Source: Eledone cirrhosa
Taxonomy: Eukaryota
Assembly: GCA_964016885.1 (NCBI GenBank)
Contig: OZ024740.1
Span: 392,646,001-392,710,000 of the forward strand
Length of the DNA: 64,000 nt
Reading direction: 5' to 3'
Shown here: piece after piece, positions 55,545 through 64,000 of the stretch
Position numbering within the stretch: position 1 is the first letter of the stretch
Layout of the letters: the number at the start of each line of letters is the position of its first letter
Translations under genes and position numbers: made by a program
Notes under the pieces: generated by a model
Told to the model about the DNA's origin: nothing
What the model saw: the letters and a program-made list of their open reading frames with translations, nothing else
Database searches by the model: none

Positions 55545-56384
55545 TGGTAACTTCTAAATAGTGGGCTCTTTCTGGTTCTGTGAAACCCAGCTTCTCAGGA
55601 TTTGTACTGAAGCAGTTAGCCACATATGCCAGAGCTCCAACAATCACAGATATAAATCTGAAGGTATAGTCAGGGTGAAGTATCTGCAGATTCCTCATTA
55701 GTTTTGCATAGGTGTTCTCTTTAATGCTTATCTTTAATATTATATTGGCATCTGCTGGGCAGCTGACTTACACTACTATGCATACCTTCTTTTCCCTGTC
55801 CCACATCACTATAGCTGGTCTGTTATAATTGCATTTTATTGGGGTTTTTACTGAAACATTCCACCAGTACTATTTTATATTATGTATGTATATGTCGTCC
55901 ACATTGCTGTAACTTTTATTTTCTACGAATTGCATTGTACAGTGTTTTGGCCAGTACATCATGCCTCATAGGTAGATAGTACCGTGATGACATCTTTGGA
56001 TAGCTGTTTATGACATGGGTGACATCGTCAATGTTAATTCTGCAGAGTCTGCATTTGTTGTCACATCCATCTAGTTGTTTTGCCTGTTTCTCTATCTCTT
56101 TTGTATTGATTTCCTGTTCTTGGATTGCAAAAGCATATCCTTCAAAGTGAGAACCAATATAGCGGTTGTTGGTCAAAGATAGACTACTTTCCCTATCTAT
56201 ATTACTGTCACTTTGGAGCCTGCTGGGCACATATCCATGCATGATTCTTTGCTAATAAGCATGCAAGTTTTCACCCCTGGGTTCACTGCGGTATTGCTGG
56301 GCAATTTCCCTGGGTGTGAGTTTTTGATTATTATTCAGGGAGTATTTCTGAAGGAGTTCCTTCCTAACTCTCATGATATTATCT
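55545..56384 (-). mobile_element. Degenerate RLE non-LTR 3' fragment (continues at about 58707-58795)
   Basis: EGYAFAIQEQEI, CRLC...HV, RYYLPMRHD; related to 62810-63675; interrupted by an LTR element. Confidence 0.82.
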
Positions 56385-58706
56385 TGCCGGCAGGCCAACG
56401 TGCAAAATCTCACCGTCACATGTTGGCTAGTGATTTCACGACGAAAGAAAGTTAGTTGTTTACCTTTTCACAGTCAGGATGCGAGAGGCTGATTCTTCAA
56501 ATCAACGCGGGAACTTTTCCCTCAGGGCGCGTAGAGATAGATTCTCTTCTACTGGCGCTGATTGGCTGAGCTGAGCCAAATCACGCACAGAGAATGTATG
56601 TGAGCCCGCGGAATGTAGGTCACTACAATACTCTCCCTCTAGACGTAATACGTACAGATTATTGAATCAGCAGAAAAAAATGCTGAAAGAGCACATGAGT
56701 GAAAAAAAAAATTGAACAGAAGAATGCATGCAAGAAAAAAATGAGGCGCTAAGGGCCGTGTTGAGCTGCTCTGTCAAATGACTAGCTGTTTTGTAGTTTA
56801 TACGTGACCACCAAAGGTCTAACAGAAAACGGATAAAGTCTGACATGGGCGAAGTTGCTGTTCTTGCATTAAATGTTAATGGTAAATGTTGTACCAGTAG
56901 CTGTGGATGAAGCTATTATAGTAGTTTACCAGTGTTGGCAAGAAGATTATGGGTAGGTGAGAAAATGTCGGCCTCCTAGATGTATTGCCGAAAGTGCTAG
57001 GCAGCCAGGAAAAAATGGCTGGTTGCTTTGAAAAGAAAAAAGCAAGTTGAATCTGTAGGTGGATAGTAGTTGCAGTGTAAATTCCATAATTCCGGCGAAT
57101 CCACAGAAATGGTGGAAATGCTGACAAGTCCAGTTCCATTTGTTGTTTACTCAGGGACTCGGGTAAGGTAACCAGATGGAGGTTGTTATGGACGATGAGT
57201 GTGCAACGAGATGCGAAGCTGTTTGAATCCAGCTGCAATTAGCAGTTCTCGTGTTGCGGTGCCTGTTTGAATCCAGGTGAATTAAGCTCTATGAGTCGCT
57301 AGCATGTTTTTATACCTCCACCAGATGAAAAGGGATCTCGCAGAATATTACGACGCTTGGAGATCATATACTATAGACAACAACATGTTGGTGGGTGGCA
57401 AAGAAATGTGTGCATATGCAGGCATGTAATACAGCAAAGAAAATGTGTGGGTGCAGTCATATATACAATGATGAAGAAAATGATGCAGTCATATATACAA
57501 TGATAGAAAAAAATGAATTTTCATATAATACAGTTTAAAAAAAATAAATGTCCAAACATTGCCTGAAAAAAAAAGGAAGAAAGAAAGAATTGTTTCTTTT
57601 CTTTTAACAAAAAGTTCGCTTTTCTTTTCTTTGAAATTTCTTTGGATCGCTCTTACTAGGAAGCTAGTAGAATTGTTGTTGTTATTGTTAAAGCAAAGTC
57701 ACAATGAATCTTCTGTAGAATCGAAGTCGAGCGTTGAAGAGCCTAGCTTCACCAATATGGCAGTCACGTCTGACGCCATAGTGGTGAGAAGACTGATGTC
57801 TTAATTTCTCGAGACCCCGTGGTAACGAGACAGAAGATATGGTGGTTGCGTTGGTAAAATTACAAGCTGCCACATCGCCATTCCCTGGTGTTGGTTAGTA
57901 GTTAGCCATGTGTTGCTGCTGATGGCTGGTAGTAGAGAAGTACTTGGTGGTAGCCATTTTGAAATTTCCTCGTGGCGTAAATTTTTTTTATACATACACT
58001 GCCAATTTTAATTTTATTTCAAAAGGAATATTTTGAACTGAAAATATTCATCACGTCGGTGTCACCACTTTTAGCAGCGTAGTATATAAATGTTATTGGT
58101 ACATGAGTAACATAATAATGATGTCAACAGCAGGAATTAGAGATGAAATGTATGTTTATTTTTGTTGTAGCACAAATAATTGTTTCTACTTTTGGCACAA
58201 GGCCATAACTTACCCAGTGCATTACTGGTACTTTATTTTATCGACCCCGTAAGGATGAAAGGTAAAGTTAACCTCGGCGGGATTTGAACTCAGATCATAA
58301 AGGGAGGTAACTCTATGCTACAAAGCATGGTCTCCGACCCTCTACCAATACTGCCAATCCACCGCCTGTTGTAGCACAAATAATGTTTGTTAACTTATAT
58401 GGTTGAAGTTACACATAAAATAAGGTTACAAAAGGGAATGTGCTATTGTTCCAGGCCCAAGGAGGCCGGCAGGCCAAAGTGCAAAATCTCACCGTCACAT
58501 GTTGGCTAGTCATTTCACAACGAAAGAAAGTTAGTTGTTTACCTTTTCACAGTCAGGAAGCGAGAGGCTGATTCTTAAAATCAACGCAGGAACTTTTCCC
58601 TCTGGGCGCGTAGAGATACATTCTCTTCTACTGGCGCTGATTGGCTGAGCTGAGCCAAATCACGCACAGAGAATGTATGTGAGCCCGCGGAATGTAGGTC
58701 ACTACA
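56385..58706 (-). mobile_element. Second non-coding LTR retroelement; 3' LTR partly deleted
   Basis: Direct repeats ~56386-56627 and ~58465-58706 ending CTACA; PBS ATCACGTCGGTGTCACCA 58050-58067 (tRNA-Trp); purine tract AGAGGGAGAG; TSD ATCT (56381-56384, 58707-58710). Confidence 0.85.
58181..58366 (-). mobile_element. SINE inserted in the LTR with an 18-bp TSD
   Basis: TGTTGTAGCACAAATAAT at 58163-58180 and 58367-58384. Confidence 0.92.
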
Positions 58707-59447
58707 ATCTTATCTGTTTTGGAGGTCCGTAGATGTTGTCGGAGGGATATGATGTGACACACAAATGCTGTATGGCCTCTGCCTTTTTCTGCAAATTTGA
58801 ATCTAAATTCTAATAAATTTCTAGTAAGAAATGATAATTTTTATTAACCCCCGTACAAAAACGTCAGGGTAATTGAAAGTCGTTTGAGTGTTGGATACAA
58901 TAACCTCCCACCCAGGTTATCTTTGCTTGACACCTATTCAAATTCGATAAGTGCAGAGACGGAATTGTTAAAGAGTCGGACAGGATGCTTTATGGTATTT
59001 GTTTCGGCCATGTGCAATCTGAGTTCAAATCCAGCTTCCTCTTACTCGCATCAAGGTCTACATTTTCATTATATGATTTTCAAGAAGTTAGTGTGCGCTT
59101 TTAATGAGATTTGGTTGCTATTTCTAGCATGCTAAATAACTGGCTGGTTCGAAGTTTCAAAATTTTATAAGCTCGATACTTTTCTTGTTTCTGTAAGGAA
59201 ACGAAAACAGGATATACATCTCTTTCTGGATAGATCGTTCATGTATTGTAGGTAAAAAGTTTCCTGAAGATCTGGTCCCCATCTGTGATATTAAGGCATG
59301 AAATGTTCTGGTTCGAGTCATTACAGTGGATTCGAGATCGTGAACGTTAAATTCCGATTGCATATATTTTACTCGTGACTATAATGATGATGATAATAAT
59401 GATGTTTCTGATGTTGACCACGATATACTTGTTAGGGCTTCAGTTAT

Positions 59448-59523
<76 letters not shown>

Positions 59524-59647
59524 AAGAAGAAAAAAGAAAGAAAGAGAGAAGCTGGGGAAAATCAACACCAGCAGTTGATTGTTACATTATTTTATCCATC
59601 CTGGAACGATGGAAGACAAATCCTTGGTGGTAGTTGACCTTAGAACG

Positions 59648-59841
59648 CAAAGCACCAGAACACATGTCGCAAGGTAATTTAGCCGACTATCTAACTATAC
59701 GGCTGCTTATCAATCACCTTTTGTCATTATTAGAAGATACTTGACCACTCATGATTTTAAAAATCATGTTCAGTTAAAAAGGATTTTTAAATAATTAAAA
59801 TATACACAGACATAATATAATGTAAAATGAAATTGGAAGGC

Positions 59842-59893
<52 letters not shown>

Positions 59894-60087
59894 GCCTTCC
59901 AATTTCATTTTACATTATATTATGTCTGTGTATATTTTAATTATTTAAAAATCCTTTTTAACTGAACATGATTTTTAAAATCATGAGTGGTCAAGTATCT
60001 TCTAATAATGACAAAAGGTGATTGATAAGCAGCCGTATAGTTAGATAGTCGGCTAAATTACCTTGCGACATGTATTCTGGTGCTTTG
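59648..60087. repeat. 440-bp near-perfect palindrome centred on (AT)24
   Basis: Arms 59648-59843 / 59892-60087, one mismatch seen (59661 vs 60074). Confidence 0.95.
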
Positions 60088-61129
60088 TGACCACGCTCGC
60101 CAACAAGACCTGGCAACTCCGTGAACACAACCAACAGTTCACCTTAAAATGGGATATACTTTCCAGCGCAAATGCATATCGGAGTGGTTTGAAGTACTGC
60201 AGGTTATGTAACCTTGAGCTATTTTACATACTAAAATCCAAAAACAAACTACTTAACGATAGAATTGAACGATCATTATACTGCAACCACAAACTAAAAG
60301 CTAAATTCTCTCACTATAAAATAACTTAACATTCGAACCCGTAACTACAACACCACTTTCTAGCTAACAACCTTCTCTTCTCCCCCACACTACAAGACAA
60401 TACACTGCTTATCACTATACATGGTAACTCAGTACAATTCCTAGATTACTACTACAAAACCAAAAGTTCACTCACCACATATACTTTATCTGTCCCCTCT
60501 CTACCTATATATCTCTCTCTACATCCATTACACTCTCTCTCTCTCACCTTTGACCTACCTCCCTCTCAACATCTATGAACTTGACCTCTGGTGCAATAAA
60601 TAATTCCGACCTCAACTATCTACGCATCTCTCCAAGAGTAACTAATAAAACCCCTACCATAACATTTTGATTAAGATATCTACAAGCCACTCTCTCCTAC
60701 TTCTCCAACCCCTGCATATATTTCCTTCTCTCTCCATCTTCCCTACTTTTCTCTCTTCCTGTTCCACTCTATCTTCCCCAACAACCCCACTTAAGGGTTT
60801 TTACATTGTATATTTACCATTCTGCTCTGAGGAAACAGTGGTCACAGCATTGGATATTCGAGTTCTGCAAATACTTGTGAATTTGCACGTAGCGGAACTA
60901 GGCTGCAGTACCACCGTGGAAACACTTGTAAGCACACGGAATAAACTACCTTTTTATGATGTCTACCTGTTATTATTCATTCTTTATATACACTCCGGAA
61001 TACTGAAGGATCAGGAACTAAGTTTCTTGAACAATTCTTCCATAACTCGTAGAGTAACCTCTTACCGTACGTCAACCATATCCAGTGTAGTAATTAACCA
61101 TCACTGCATCTTGGATAATCCTATACCTA

Positions 61130-61130
<1 letters not shown>
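60084..61130 (+). mobile_element. 5'-truncated Naiad-type PLE
   Basis: GIY-YIG C-terminus (TTLANKTWQL..CRLCNLEL..CNH) and 3' UTR homologous to 53188-54300; ends in (TA)n. Confidence 0.9.
60823..60934 (+). ncRNA. Hammerhead ribozyme with long branched stem II
   Basis: TGCT CTGAGGA A ACAGTGGT...ACCACCGT G GAAA CACTTG TA AGCA; paralogous to 53993-54112. Confidence 0.82.
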
Positions 61131-61161
<31 letters not shown>

Positions 61162-61195
61162 GGGTGTCTGTGACCTGTATACACTGGTTACAGAT

Positions 61196-61280
<85 letters not shown>

Positions 61281-61394
61281 GTAATAATAATAAATGTGAA
61301 GACTAAAATCCAAAGAGGGCTCAATAAGGATAAATAAGATCCCGTTAAGGGTGAAAGCAGCGATTCTTTGCTTAAACTTTAATCTGTTATTTTA

Positions 61395-61397
<3 letters not shown>
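61281..61397. mobile_element. Minimal CAGAAGA-family PLE end (tail on -, inverted piece on +)
   Basis: Homology to 39571-39610 and inverse of ~39647-39707. Confidence 0.8.
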
Positions 61398-61425
<28 letters not shown>

Positions 61426-62121
61426 CCTGCACACATATACACACAAACTTAGAAACCCTTCCTATTTAGCAGGAAATATTCGCTACACACACTCTGTCCT
61501 AACACAAGTTATATGATACATATGATTTAATATTCAGTCACCAAATTTTAGCTAGATACAGTAATGTTGTATTCGATTCTTTGCAGTCACCAGTTATAAT
61601 TTCATTCAACAGCACCATCAGCTCTCTATCTCTCTTTCTCTTCCATTTTCGTTCTCTGTCTCCTTCTCTCTCTATATATCTCCCTTTCAATCTACTCTCC
61701 TAAAACTCCGCACCTCGGGAACCCGTGCTCCGATTTACACGAAACTTGTTTCATTCCATTTGTATTCCCATTTCAGGAGCAACTTCCTTTCAAAGTATTT
61801 CCCCATTATGCGCCGTTTTGACTGTACACAATTAGAGCACACAATTACAGAGTTTTAGTAGTATATAGATAGGTATATATATTTTTCTATTTGTGAAGGA
61901 GCGTGGCCTAGTTGTTAGGGTTCTAGAATCACGATAATAAGTTTTCTAGGCTCCATTCGTGGATCGTACGGCGCATTGTGTTTTGGAGTAAAATACTTTT
62001 TATTTCATGTTACTTCTGAAAGGAGTTGTTTCCTTGATCTGATCAGATAATTACCACCTTTCCTTTCTGTGCTTATTTCTCTTAATAAAAATTACATTAG
62101 AATTTTTTATTTAAATTTCAG

Positions 62122-62216
62122 GAACATATGAGAACTTGGCGGATTATCTACAATGTTGGATACAGCACATCATTATTTTCTCTCCTTGTTGCTATATTTA
62201 TTATGACATATTTCAG
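62122..62216 (+). CDS. Exon of class B1 GPCR, TM1
   Basis: ttcag|GAA...TTCAG|gtaa; EHMRTWRIIYNVGYSTSLFSLLVAIFIMTYF(R), resembling PTH-receptor TM1 (IYTVGYSxSL...YFR); phase-2 end; gene continues beyond the window. Confidence 0.92.
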
Positions 62217-62387
62217 GTAAATTTTGAATCTTTGGTTTCATTATTTTACTAGTTTCAATCTTTAAATTACATGCTGGGGTACCGCCTTGCTTTCATCGAT
62301 CATATGGACCCAGTATTTGTGTTTCATACTTTGTATATATTTTACCGATTCCCCCTCGCGCTCTCCCACTCTATACCTTTCTCTGTA

Positions 62388-62475
<88 letters not shown>

Positions 62476-62485
62476 CATACATACA

Positions 62486-62770
62486 TGGTGGCTGCCAACT
62501 CGTTTTCGAGTACGGCCACTACTTTATATCCATGTAGGAGAACCCCTACCGATACGCTGAACGAGTGTGACTTTTTAGTCCAGCCAGCGACTTGAAAACT
62601 CTGGTTACAAACACTACACTTGTGACAATTATTGACACATAGTGCTGGGCCCATGGTACCATGTGATGACAAGTGCAGAGAGATCTCCAGATATAAAGCA
62701 ATGCCTGTGCCGTGAAGCTTTTATAGTGAGCAAAGGCACTGCACAAAGCCAGTCCCACTCTCTTAACCAA
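62486..62770 (-). mobile_element. Truncated RTE-derived retroposon
   Basis: Close match to 11422-11700; (CATA)n flanks. Confidence 0.8.
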
Positions 62771-62780
62771 CATACATACA

Positions 62781-62809
<29 letters not shown>

Positions 62810-62811
<2 letters not shown>

Positions 62812-63675
62812 TGACCAATTTACAGAAAAAGTTGTGCATGGATACTTGAGGCGTAAAACACAGACCATAGAGGGGATAAACCACTCAAAAAGCCTGGCAT
62901 GGAGTTCCGACAAGTTTATGACATCACACCATGAGGGATATCTCTATGCAATACAGGAACAAGAACTCCCTACCAAATATCTGCTGCACAAAAGAGGAGG
63001 GCCAGCAGCTGACAATAAATGTAGGCTATGTAAAACAAAGATCGAGGATGTAAGCCACATTGTTGCCAGCTGCGAAAGAATGTCATCTCGCTACTACCTC
63101 CTCATGAGACACGATGGGATAGCTAGAACCATCTGGAACGCACTTCGGAAAACAAAATTAACAACAAACGAGGAAGAATATATTGAGACAGATGGCACTA
63201 AGGAATACTGGTGGAACCTGAAAATAAAAACTGCCACCAAATTACAGCACAACCGGCCTGATATTGTTGTTTGGGACCACACATTGAAAACGTGTTCTGT
63301 TGTGGAGATCAGCTGCCCACTTGATGTAAACGTTGTCAGAAAAATACAGGAGAAGGAGGACATCTACGGACCATTGATGAGGAGTTTACAAATCCAGTAT
63401 CCAAGATACACCTTTAGCTTCATACCCATCATAATTGGAGCTACGGGTTATATACCAACCCGCTTGGACCAAAGTATGACTGAACTTGGATTTGCGGACA
63501 AAAAGCGCAGCTCCCTAATTCATAGTCTACAAATAACTGCGACAGCTGGCACCTTCAAAATTTGCAAAACATTCTTGCGATTCAAAGGATGACAATTTCT
63601 TTTCTTTTACAACCTTGCCACCAGGAAGGTGGCCGGTCAAAAAAAAAATACTCGAAATTAAGAGAAAGAGATAAC
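62810..63675 (+). mobile_element. 5'-truncated RLE non-LTR element in (CATA)n
   Basis: Open frame to 63592: EGYLYAIQEQEL, CRLC..H...C, RHD, NRPDIVVWD, EISCP; (CATA)n on both sides. The first ~55 aa of the tracked ORF 62642-63592 are flank read-in. Confidence 0.88.
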
Positions 63676-64000
63676 ATACATACATACATACATCCAATAA
63701 TCGCAAATCATGTTATCAACTGGTTATTGTTATCCAAATTAGTGATGTATTATCAGGAAGATAGTTGTGTTACTAAATTCTCGCAAATTCTTTATTATTT
63801 TTAAACATGTTTGAAAATTTGTTTACAGTAGTTAATTGATGTTTATAATGGTTAAAACAATTTAATAGAAAAAGAAAAAAAAAGATTAAGAAAGAATGAA
63901 ATGTAAAATTAGAAAATATTAAAAAAAATACGGAAAATGAAGGGAAAGGAAAGGGCGTTGGTCTCAAGGAAGAATGGGGGAAGGAGAGAGTGATGGGCTC

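Noticed and set aside
62642-63592. 316-aa ORF as a host gene or fusion protein
   Set aside because: Chance in-frame join of an antisense retroposon, (CATA)n and a truncated RLE element

Overview
AT-rich, microsatellite-dense metazoan DNA; the recurring SINE family suggests an octopod cephalopod, which is an inference. The only host gene I can support is four phase-compatible + strand exons (47537-62216) of a class B1 (secretin-family), PTH-receptor-like GPCR. Much of the rest is retroelement: many Penelope-like elements (Naiad-type and one Neptune-type) with hammerhead ribozymes (HHR), a disrupted full-length Tx1/L1, a near-intact R4/Dong-like RLE element, CRE, RTE and other RLE fragments, two non-coding tRNA-Trp-primed LTR elements, mariner derivatives and SINEs. 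The most interesting signals are mechanistic. (1) About a dozen PLE insertions from several dissimilar families carry inverted segments that all start a few nt 5' of a shared CTC...GAG hairpin. (2) One PLE insertion has apparently duplicated about 196 bp of flanking DNA as a fold-back around its (TA)n target. (3) The PLE hammerheads have long stem II inserts and non-canonical cores (CAGAAGA, CCGAAGA). (4) One LTR element has a 32-nt primer binding site with a substitution at the m1A58 position. All coordinates and alignments were read by eye.
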